Assembly: GCA_002189035.1 (NCBI GenBank)
Contig: CM007989.1
Span: forward strand, 1 to 64,000
Length of the DNA: 64,000 nucleotides
Reading direction: 5' to 3'
From: Utricularia gibba
Lineage: Eukaryota > Plantae > Magnoliophyta
The translations under genes were made by a program, and so were the position numbers. Position 1 is the first letter of the stretch. The number at the start of each line of letters is the position of its first letter. Under the pieces are notes generated by a model, which was given only the letters and a program-made list of their open reading frames with translations, had not been told where the DNA came from and did no database searches. Below, one piece after another: positions 24,481-35,424 of the stretch.

Positions 24481-27395
24481 ATGATGTCCTTGAATCAAAC
24501 CAACGACAATCGAGGCCCCTCTCATACCGTCACTTTTAGGTTTGTAAGAATTAGCCTTTTTTCCTGTAACGTGCATTGGTAGCTTGTGTGCATTTCTTTT
24601 ATCGGCATTCGATAATGATTAATATAGGAGTTTCTTTAAAAAAAAAAAAGGATCTTCAGATAGTAGCTTAGTTTCTGGATGATGAGTCAAATTATGGTTC
24701 TCCGGGGTTTGCGTCTCGTTTTATTTCAAGGAGTCTGTTTCACCGTGAGTAGGATCGGCCGATTTGAGGCAGGCGCCAAAAACTCCTTTTTAGTAGGGCT
24801 TGCACTGTTCACTTAGAAACCACGTTATTCCATTATCTAAAAAATGATTTAAGGCTGGGATGGACAAGGAGCCTATGAAGCGCTAGGTGTCAAATAAGAT
24901 TTGAATACTGGGGGTACTATTTTTGTGTAGCCTGTGTAAGATCTTTTAAATCAAAAGAGCTGAGGGTATGGGACTTGAGAATTAATTACTGCAAGAAGAA
25001 TGGGAGAAGGCACCGAGGGAGGAGGGACAGAAAAGCTAGCTCTATTATAATAACTCTCATCAGGTAGTTGCCCATGACATACAACAGTTATCATAAGCTA
25101 ATACTTGAGATTTTTTGCATGCAAGCATTACTATGGTGGCTATGTTCATTGGAAATTTGTTTACTAATGACTTCACTGCCTTTCATATCGGAACATTCAG
25201 TATTATCATAAAATAACTGCCACTTGGGGATGTAATGTTTCATTTTTTGTTTTTGGGTTTTTGAGTTATATAAAAATTATGTTGCGATAAACTAGCTCGT
25301 GGTTTACCACTTTTCCATCTGGATGTTTTTTGAATGCAGGAGAACGCCCTTACAGGTCGTCCACTTTGTTGGAAATCTGATGAGAATTTGGTCGATCTAC
25401 TCTATGTACCGTTATCTGTTTCAGACAGGGGCGTCAGTTATCTTGTTTGTCTTCAGCTGCCTTGTTCCATCGTCAGTTATCTTCTCGCTTTTACAAAAGC
25501 CATGGAAGGGCAGGCCTCTTTCAAATAGTCAGGTATGCTGGTTTTCTGTTTTCTTTTGATTCACAATGAGATGGGTAATTAGGCACAAACTGCTAACCAG
25601 ATAACTCAGGTAGACATTTATTCACATGATTCAGCACAAACTGGTCACCAGGTGATACCTTCTCTGATTAATGGAATAATCACAGCTTTGTACTTTATCA
25701 CATGGGGAAAGGGTGTGAAATCTTGTGGCCCTCTTAGGTGAGTTCAAATCAATAGTATTTCCTGATTTTTGGCCCGGATATCACGTTTTATCTTCTATCT
25801 GAAGTCCGAATACTTAAACAGGGGTATCTTGGGCGAGTATTCTGGTGCAGTTCTTGGAGTGTTGTCTACAGTGCTCTACGGGAGAAGGGGTTGCATCTGG
25901 AAAAAGGTATTTGGTACTCTGTATGTTTTTTCGTATTTTTGCTTTGATAATGATGCAGTAGCCACTTGACAGATAACGAACAAATGAACTATGTGCTATG
26001 CTTTACTAAAAACTTGCCTTGTAAATCCTCGATATTATTTACCTTCAGCTGCGTTTTTGAAACTTTGAATAGCTTCTCCTGAATTATTGCACTTAAATCT
26101 TTCTCCTTGGCAGTGACTTGGTAGGAGTGCTTTTTACTGCCGAAATGTGTCATAAATTTTCTTTTGTTTTTCATGATTTTAGTTGAAATCTTTTTCTTTG
26201 TTAGGTAGTTGGCCTCTTGGCCATGTTGACGTCCTTCTACTTGCTATCTCGAGGATGGACTATGGCAACACACTTTCCATTTAATATCCTTTCCAGATGT
26301 ATGTGTCTCATGTGTCACATGGTCCCAAGTTACACTAAATAAAATGAGGGCTCATTTAAATGCCTCCAGTTTTACCCGAGGGCCTCTCTGTTTTGATTTG
26401 AACTTAACTTAGAAACACCACAAAGCAGTAACCAGGATACAGAGGCTTATACTGATGCGGTTTTCCAAGGTGAAAGTATGATGATTCCAGTTTTGGCTGG
26501 AATTTTATCTGCGTTAAGAAGAGTCATCACCAGGAGAATCTCACTTAAGGCTAGTGTCTGCATGTCACAACTACATATTCTCTGGACGGCAGAATACCCA
26601 GTTTTTTTCACTTTTTTTTTCTGCAGAGTCAACTTAAGCGGAGGCTCAATGCCATTACCATTGCTTCTGCCACCTGTTTCCTGTTCCCTGCTGCCATGTG
26701 GGACGTTATCACGGTGAGTTTCACCCTATGGCACTCTTACATCCTAAATGCAAGCGTTAATGATATTTTTTAATGTTGTTCAGTTGCTCTAATACTTCAG
26801 ATTTTTGACACGTAATTTCTCTTTTCTACATGATGTTACATTGCGGGTGTACTATGATTTTCTATGTTTGCTTCTTTTTTAGGGATCAACTACTGTGGAA
26901 TTGCCATTCTCCACTTGGGCCTTTTCAAGTGTCGTTCTTTTTGGAATCATCTTGATATTCTATGTGGAAAGCCTGTCTGAGGAGAAGTAATGGACTAATC
27001 TTTGTCATCATGGCGTATGAAAGTTTATAAATAGACAGCGTTGTGTCACTGATTGATCTATCCGTTCTGCAGATTGCACTTAGTGTTCTCTTCTCCGAAG
27101 CATTTAAGTGTAGCGGGTGGTTGCATCATTGTCATGGAGATCGCATACAAAATGGATTTTTCTTTGCCTGGCTTTTTACTCTGCGCTACTATTTTAGGAT
27201 TTGGTAACAAGCTGCTTCATCTCTTTCATATCACTATGTTATTTTTCAAGGTAACCTGCGTATGCAATTGTTAATGTTCATGCTTCTTCTGAAGGAATAC
27301 ATGAAGCTACTTCTGTGGACAGAATAAATGAAGGATCTTTGAAAGGGTCAGGTATGGGTAATGGAGTAAATGGAATATCACCGCTTCCAATTTAA
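24481..27395 (+). CDS. Multi-pass membrane protein resembling the N-terminal TM domain of ZnT5/Msc2/MTP12-type zinc transporters, without the cation-efflux core; 10 exons
   Basis: Rebuilt: MMSLNQTNDNRGPSHTVTFRRTPLQVVHFVGNLMRIWSIYSMYRYL...KPWKGRPLSNSQVIPSLING...EYSGAVLGVLS...LSALRRVITRRISLKSQLKRRLNAITIASATCFLFP...SPKHL...GISPLPI*. Family assignment is from recall. An in-frame model needs one AT-AC and one GC-AG intron. Confidence 0.75.
26284..26418 (+). other. U12-type (minor spliceosome) AT-AC intron
   Basis: The 5' site ATATCCTTT at 26284 matches the U12 consensus. A branch-like ACTTAAC lies at 26402-26408, and AC at 26417-18 (or 26420-21) restores the reading frame. Confidence 0.8.
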
Positions 27396-27679
27396 GGTAC
27401 TGGACTATTGATTTCATCTTAGAAGATGACCTTGATATTGGTGTCGTATTATATCTTGTTGGTATGGGTGGACCTCTTGCTTGCTAGAGGAAGTTCAACC
27501 CCTGGGCTAAGGCTTTTTTTTCCCCATCGCCAACTTGCTTCTGTTAATTGCATCGTAGGAGTGTCCATAGTATCTTACGTACCTCCCAGATTTGAATTTA
27601 ATTTCATTCAAGCAAAATTCAAAATCCCTCCTATATACAAAAAAGAACAGATGCGTGCAAAAAGACCTCGCCTGTTGGG

Positions 27680-27892
27680 CTAAAAGCAACCAATAGTAGG
27701 AGTTGGAACAATGCCCAGGAATCCCAGCACCATGTTTCCCCGATCATCAGGTTCTGCACATTGACAAACTCGACAAGTTTCCAGATGAATTTTCATACTC
27801 TGCACTTCGACGGGGCCGGTCATCACATGACTCTCGACTCTATCTTCATCACTGCAGAAGTTGCACCAATGGGAGATATGTTACTCCACCAT
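27680..27892 (-). pseudogene. Truncated remnant of a RING-CH (SHA1-like) E3 ligase N-terminus
   Basis: A single frame reads MVE*HISHWCNFCSDED...ETCRVCQCAEPDDRGNMVLGFLGIVP then stops. CRVCQCAE..RG...LGFLGI resembles the plant SHA1-like RING-CH N-terminal motif (from recall). There is a TAA at codon 4, and I found no downstream RINGv exons. Confidence 0.5.
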
Positions 27893-29931
27893 CAGGAGAC
27901 TACGCAACTATATTTCATACAAAATACAAGTCTCGTAGGTTATTGGGGTGATATTTCAGACCATTTAAAAAAATGCTATCAATGACTACTTTCAATATTG
28001 ATTTTTTGTTTTAATATATATGAGAAAAATGATGACTATTTTAAGTCTAAACAAAAATTTAAAAGATGTCGCAACAAAAAAAGCAGATAATTAAAAATTA
28101 AATTTGAATATCAGATGCGTAATCTTAACATACTACAAATACAAATATATTTATATTCGACATCAACTCCAATTTATATTTTCCTTTTAATATTTTATGT
28201 GGATTCGAAAAAAAAATGATATCCATGCAGAGTACTCTGGCCCCAAGTGTCATTGGCTAATCTGAAAAATTGGAACCTTGAACTGACTAGTTTCGATGTA
28301 TTTTTATATGAAATTCTTGTTTACCAATCTATCCGAGTTTTCATTTTGATTTTTTGATTTTCAACTTTTTAAAGTTTTTTGTGGACCAACACTACATTTA
28401 GTTTTTTCTCGATGATAATTTTGTAAGTATACATAACTGTTAAAATAATAAAAAATCACATTTGCAGAAAATTGATTAATTTAGACTTTCTTAAAATAAA
28501 TATAAAAACAAAAATATAATTTTAAAATAATATAAAATAATGAATTTGAATTAGTACTCTATCGATGCAGAAGTTTACTATTTTATGTGTGCATACATTT
28601 CAAGAATTAACTTGCATGCATATCTTTGAAAGATGTTTTAAAGTAATGCTAATCATATATTATTATAATAATCTCGTTCATTTTAGTAATATTATGAAAT
28701 TAACTATTTGACAATGTCATTGTATCTTACATGATAATTTATGTTTTTATTATATTCGTTTCTAATTTTTATAACTCACAATATTACAGATATATTATAT
28801 CAAATGTATCTCAACAATAATATCTGATTAAGTACTTTTTATCAAGTATTTGAGATCAATTTTAGATTTAATTGTGTGTTCTTAAGGTTTAATGTTGATT
28901 AAGAACAGGTTGATAAGTAAAACGAAATCAAAATATCAAAGATTTATACAAGCGCAATTTTATTTGAGATCCCTAACTGACAAATGCTCGGACGTACATG
29001 AAAACATGAAAAATATTAAAAACTAAAATCAAACGCAAATATAAAACGCACAACTCAATTATGATTTAGCTACCTCATACCAATACCTCAATTTCGTATA
29101 TTGAGAACGAGGGCAAATCGTCGAGACTTGTATTCCCTTTGCTTGTCACTTTCTCGTTCTCAATTTGATTCCTTCTCTTGTAGATGTCGTGCACATTGTG
29201 TACATAAATTGGTGCTAATCTTGATCCAAAAACGTGCTATGAAAACTAGGTATCAAATTGTTAAATGAACTAGGTAAAACCCATATAACAGTGTCACATG
29301 ATTCCATTAACAAAGAAGATGATGATGAAAATCATCAATTAAGGTCATTAATTTAAATGTATAAACCATTTATTTTATATAATTATGTTTATTCCTCTTC
29401 TTATAAATGTTTTAGGGTGAAAAATCCTTCGACTCTTGTGTCCCCATTGCATATTGGAATATATTTTTGATTCTATTTTTATAATCACCAAGAGTCTTTG
29501 TAGGAAACTTTTTCTCTTTCCCAATTCATTTGTGCGAGTACGAAAACGTAGGAAAGAGAAAGCAGTTAGCCTTCAAATTCATTGGAAAAGTCGGATGCAG
29601 GGGGTGGGATTCTTCTTTAGAATACACAGTTTCAAACTATGTGAAATCTGATGGCGGGAAAAGTGTCCGGGGGAGAAAAAGGTTCAGATCCTCCTCTCAC
29701 GTGTTAGCGTTACCCTCTCCGTTTCCGTCTCCATCTCCATCTTCGACTTCACTCAAATACTCCTCCTGTCTATTCGGATCTCATTTGGTGCCGAATGCCC
29801 TAGATGTTGCAGTACTGCCACCTCGGTTTACTCTTTGTTTTGGTGGAAGTCTCCGCCCACTTCACTCGCATTCATTGAACTTCGAAGCTCCAGCACGTTT
29901 CGCCTTCAATTAGTTAATATTCCACCGCAAA

Positions 29932-32900
29932 ATGACCGGTAATGTAGCCGGTGTTGAGGCGATCCATTCTCCACCCACAAGGCTTGACAAGTTCTCGGGA
30001 ATTCGGGTTACCAGTGGCCGCCCTCAAGACCTCCATGATGGTAAAACATGCCATCAGGTATTTCCGCCTGTTCAAAAGCTATCAAGTTGTTGGCCACTGT
30101 GCTCGTGTAACTGCATCCTTATTAATGAATTCTGCATTTTCCTAATAACTTGTTGTCGTAGGCAACTGCGATTTTCTTTGCCCCTTTTCAAAGTAACATA
30201 AGCAGATTGTTTTTCGGAACCTCCCTTTTCCACGAAACCCCGTGTAATATGGTGTGCAAGGATCCTACAATCGATTTGTTGAATTTCTGTTGATTTTTTT
30301 CCCATCAAATAGTGAATGTTTGCCTCTTTTTCTGTTCTTTAGCTGGTATTTGTTTATCACAATGCTGCTGCCGTAGGTCCAGGTTCCTGGAAATAATTCG
30401 TGAATTTTTCTTACTTTTAATCTTTATGACTTGAAGTGTCGTCAAAAAATTCGGGACTTTGGGGCAGCATGCACAAATCAGAAAAAAATTAAACCATGCG
30501 CAGTAAGGCTTTGTCGAAAGTGCTTGTTAAATAGGTACTGATAGTCTCTTTATCCTAGCGTCACACACACAAACACACATGTTGCGCCGTTTACTCACCA
30601 CCTTTCCCTTTATTCTATCTAGATACGGAGAGAAGGCAGACGAAATATCTGCATTACAAGGCTGGATTTGTCCCAAGTGTAGAGGCATTTGTAATTGTAG
30701 CGTTTGCATGTGAGGTTTTGATAGTTCCCATGTGGCAAATTTTTGCATATTGTAAATAACAGCGTGTTATGTAGGAAGAAGAAAGGCCAAACACCTACAG
30801 GGGCGCTAATAAAAACTGCTAAGGCCACTGGGTTTGATTCAGTTTCTGAGATGCTGCTCAAGGGGACTGAGTGGTCAACAACTAAAATTTCACCTAGCAC
30901 GGTTCTTTCCCCTAGAAAGGTTAGTAAATGGATGCTCCATGTCTCCTTTACTATTTAGCTGTGAAATTAAGAATTTTTACATCTTGATGGCCACTTTGGT
31001 GGATACTGCTGCTCCACCAAAGGATTGCTACAAGTGCAACTAATGCGAAGGACATCAGTTAATCATTTTGGAATGAGCAGGATGGCCTAATTACAGCTGC
31101 AGCTGATGCAAGGGACACTACTCATAATGGAGAAGCAGATGACACCTCACCAAAGCACTTGGAAATGAATTCCCAGGATATCGATAAAGTACTGAATGGC
31201 AAGATGGATCATAATACGTCTTGTGAAGTCATTAGTCAGATCACTGACAAGAGAAAAGTAAAAAAAAAGGATATCCTGCATATTCATGATGAACGGAAAG
31301 TACTTTCTCTGCCCAATGATGAGAATTTTAGCAATGCCCGTAAAATGAAGCATCTGAAATTGAAGCATTTAAGATCTGACAAGGCTTGTGTTCGTGGTGC
31401 TCAGAAAAAACGTAAGATCTTAAGGGAGAACTTGGATGGGGATGGTAGGCATTGCATGGGTGATGCGAGTACACAATATTTGATTAGGAAGCATGATCTG
31501 ATTTCAGAGGATGGCAGTGATGATGATGATATCTCATTGGGTGGAAGTGTTGATATTCAGATGCCACATGGAAATAAGATGGCTTCCATCTGCGGAATTC
31601 TCGTGCGTGCAGAAGATGCAGGAAATGCCTTGCAGTTCTTGGAGTTCTGCGTGATATTTGCAAAGGTAAGTTGTTTTGCTTATTACTTCGGGTGTTAAGG
31701 AGAGTTTGGGTGTTTTGTTGCTTTCTCAAAGAAACAAAAATCAGTAAGTAGGTTCACTATTGTATGCTGCCAAATCTACACGAAAGGTTTCATGAATTGC
31801 AGTTTTATGGTAAGCCTAAATGTTTATCATAATCCAGATCCTAAATTTGAGAAAGGGTCAGGCTGAGAATGTCCTCCGGGACTTGCTGCATGGACGATTT
31901 TCACGCCATGGACGATTCTCAGTGGTCGCGCAGTTCATTATTCAGTTATTATCCTTCATACAAACTGAACGAGAACGGTATGTAATCCTGCCATACTGAC
32001 ATCTATTTGTAATCATAGTATTATTAATATTACTCTCGGTGTAGGGGTGAGAAGTTGAATCTATCAGCAAGCAAAGTCTCATGGTACCAGGCTGCCAAGA
32101 AAATTCTATTTAAATCTCAAACCTCTGTTGAGGCAGAGTGTTTGGATGCCTTAGAGAAGGCAGCGGATTTTGAAGCGTTGGATGTTTCACTTAAGATTAG
32201 GGTTTTAAATCTTTTGTGTGATGAAGTTCTTGAAACTAAGTAATCCCTTTCCACTTTTCGCTCCTGCACTTTCTTATATTTAAAGACACTTAACCCATTT
32301 TCCTTGCTCACAGAATGATGAGGAATTGGATTGACAAACAGAACAGGCAACTCACCGTAAGGATGAAAGAAACCAAGCTGGATCTTGCTGCTGCAAGAGA
32401 CAAGGTAATTAATGCAGCAACTTCATCTTCATTACAAGGGAAAAGAAAATGGCGATTTCTGATATCATGCAATGGTTTAACACACCTATTCATAACCTCT
32501 AACTCCTACGCAGGAGGCAACATTGAGAATGAAACTCAAAGATAATATCGCTAACGCAGGCGTTCCTCAAAGTGGTTTTTCTCCTTCAAAACCTGAGCAG
32601 GACCTTGTAATTTCCAACATTAAATACGAGGTTAAAGAAGCACATGCGCAAGTAATCCGGTTGAAAGGCAAGCTTATGGAGTGTAAGTGATTTACCATCT
32701 ATCTCAGTTCAAAGATGGCTGAATGCGACACTCCCAGTAGCCAAGTCACGTTCCAGTATTTAGCTCTGTTTTAAAATATTGCAGATTTGATCCATGTAAT
32801 GTATTTTTAAAACCTGTGATCTTTAGTTAATGAGACTCAGGATGCTGTCAGAGTAGAGCCCATTCTCAGAGGTGGACATGGTCAGTGGTACTGGAAACTA

Positions 32901-33258
32901 AATTGTTTGGGAAAGTCTACTATCGTTCATCAGGGTAAGAACACTATGGTGGTTATTGCCCATAAAGCAGTTTTTTTTTTTTTTCCTTGCATATCATTGA
33001 ACCCACCATTTTGATTAACAGAACTTGGAAGAGGTGATTCCCTCTCCCTTGATGATCAATGGTTTGTTCTTGGACATGAGGAAAAGGAAGCCGTAGAGGA
33101 GTTTGTTAGTTCAAGGCGAGGGAACAGCTCATTTAGCGGTCAGCTAGTATTTAGTGCATTCTACATTTTCTGCAATTCTCAGTCAATTATTATGTTTAAA
33201 TGAAGCTGGCACCCTTTCACGCATTGTCTATTTCAGGAAGAAGAAACACAAGACGTAA
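29932..33258 (+). CDS. zf-4CXXC_R1 + DDT + WHIM domain protein (DDR-type ISWI partner), about 12 exons
   Basis: GKTCHQ|CRQK...CRKCLLNR|YGE...WICPKCRGICNCSVCM|KKKGQTPTG (CDCA7-like zinc finger). EDAGNALQFLEFC (DDT), KIRVLNLLCDEVLET (WHIM1) and DAVRVEPI...YWKL (WHIM2-like) follow. The last intron probably has a GC donor (33116), so the 3' end is less certain. Confidence 0.85.
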
Positions 33259-33612
33259 GCATACCTGCATTAAATTACCGATGCAGTCCAGTGCCGTTGG
33301 ACATGGCTACGTGGAACCACTGATTCGGACACACCGGGGGCATTGAGCTATCAATTCAAATTTAGACATCAATATTACCCAGAAAAATGCGGAGAATCTG
33401 GATTTGGACATCTAGTATGGAAGCCATTAAAGATGTTTGTTTTCTAAGCAAGGGAAGCTACTTTTGTTTGATTGAATGTGCTTTAAAGCCTGATCCAGCG
33501 TCGTATTTGAGTAATTTTGGAACATCAAAATGCAAAAGTAGATATCTTCAGTTGCAGGTCAAATGGATCTGTCACCTCGGACCTCCTGTATTTCTGCTAG
33601 ATGATCAGGCTA

Positions 33613-35169
33613 CTAAAAAATAGCATTGGAGATGAGTTTGACCTCGAATAAATTGCTTTCCGCCCCAGCTACATGAACAATTTCTCAATTACCAGTCTCA
33701 GTTCTAGTTTAAAGCGGAAAATTTTAATTAAACAAAGGAATGAGTTTTACCAATATCAACGGTGATCCCTGGGCCAAAAAAGGAGGCGAACTTTTCCTGG
33801 AAATGTAAAGAATCCAACTCGAAATTCAAAGATTGAACCGTGAGCCTGAGGACTAACTAGTAACTATTGTAATAGGTGAGAGATTTAAAAATTTAAGGTA
33901 ACCTGTCTTTTTTCAAATTCAGACAAACTGAGGGCTTTAGCTTCAAACACCATGACCAAGCAATATCTGCCGTCCTCAGCTACCTTCACAAATATTTCAC
34001 GTGCGAGTCACACAAAAAAAAAAAAAAAAAAAAAAACAAAAACGGAGATCGAGTTTGGTTTAGGTGATGGCGTTCTTCATACTTGTTCCCGAATCATTTT
34101 CAGAATTGGAGCATTTCTCCTTGAAATCCCTCCGCCCTATGGAAAGTAGGTTCGGTTTAGCATCATTGCAGGAAAAAAAGATGGAAGTTAGAAATCACTT
34201 TAACGAATTCAAATCCAGTTACCTACCTGGCCGTATTGAAAAATTCGTTTCAATGCCTCATCGAGATGCTGCTCGTCTCCATAACGGTATCTCGTAACAT
34301 CGCTCCTTACCTAGATTGCATCTGTCTTTGAGAGCTGAAACGCACCCAAATTTTACTGTTATATGGAGCCGAAAGGTTACCTGCTTTAGGATTGGGGTAG
34401 CACATTTTTCTCTCAACGACACAGCATTTGAATAGGACAAACAAGGAACAGGCTTAAGCTCTGCATACTACAGCAATAAAAGCACACAAACACGTCATCA
34501 TCCTGTAATCATGCTCAGCCGCAAGTGAAAAATACGAAGAAAACTGCAACCTTGAGGGCCATGCCAATTATTGCTAGCGGAAAGCCGTATGTAAGCATCA
34601 GTGCCGACCATTCAGAACCTGGGAGAATATTGAAGTAAGCCCGAAACCATATCTGTTTTAGTACACATATATCAATCATAAGACGCAGCGAGATTAAGTT
34701 CTAAGGCAAACGCCAGTGATCGATACGAATTATACTAGACGGGAATTAGTACTGTACTCACGAGAGAAGCGTAACACCAAGACTTAATCCAATGACACCA
34801 AATGAAACCTGGAAGCATAGTGAGATTGATGGAAAAGCAGAAGCCAATAGACGTTGCATGTATTCAGGATTATCCAAAAGCAAAAGAGGTTACTTTGGCA
34901 AGGGAGAACTCATTATCCGGTATAATGGTCAGGTCACCGGCTTCAGTGACGATGGACGACTTCTGAGATGGCTCGGCAGCTCGTCTTGCAACGGTGATAA
35001 CTCTCGCGCGGTTATCCATTTGCGCTCTGGAGAAAACCTTATCTCTATAGCTGATGAATACAGCGACAGCAGAAGCAGATGGAAGCTCATATACATAAGC
35101 ACGTCGAGTTGCTACCATTCGCTTGGAGCATAGAATTGCTCCTCCTCCAACGGCCGCAGCAAGCTCCAT
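33613..35169 (-). CDS. APE1: APE1 (Acclimation of Photosynthesis to Environment 1; DUF2854 thylakoid protein), 9 exons, one -1 frameshift at 34640-42
   Basis: DNEFSLAK|VSFGVIGLSLGVTLLS|YGFGAYFNILPGSEWSALMLTYGFPLAIIGMALK|YAELKPVPC...ATPILKQ|VRSDVTRYRYGDEQHLDEALKRIF...KFASFFGPG...FEVKLISNAIF*. Mostly missed by the ORF track because the exons are short. Confidence 0.92.
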
Positions 35170-35424
35170 CACTTCCTTGGCGCAGGAAAATGGCTTACGG
35201 TAGGATCGACGAAATAGTAGGAATGGAGTGGCTAATTTTAACAGGTGACGTGTCCTTTATCCTCAAATATTTGGGCTTCATGGGCCGCCAAAATCTAGCC
35301 TATAACGAAGCAGTCGGCCTCGCTTGCTTCAGCCCAGTGAAGGTTGGTATAAAGAATCGAGGACATGCAATTCCAGTATCAAACTTCCGTCAACAAAATT
35401 CAAATAATTGCCTCGTTTCTTCAC
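35170..35424. promoter_or_regulatory. Putative bidirectional promoter between APE1 and the ZRANB3-like gene
   Basis: The start codons are 255 bp apart head-to-head. Site II-type motifs TGGGCT (35272), TGGGCC (35281) and AGCCCA (35331), plus an ABRE-like ACGTGTC (35248). Confidence 0.6.

Noticed and set aside
28000-29400. Very AT-rich intergenic block as a possible Helitron or LTR remnant
   Set aside because: I could not identify TIRs, a TSD, LTR ends or coding remnants.
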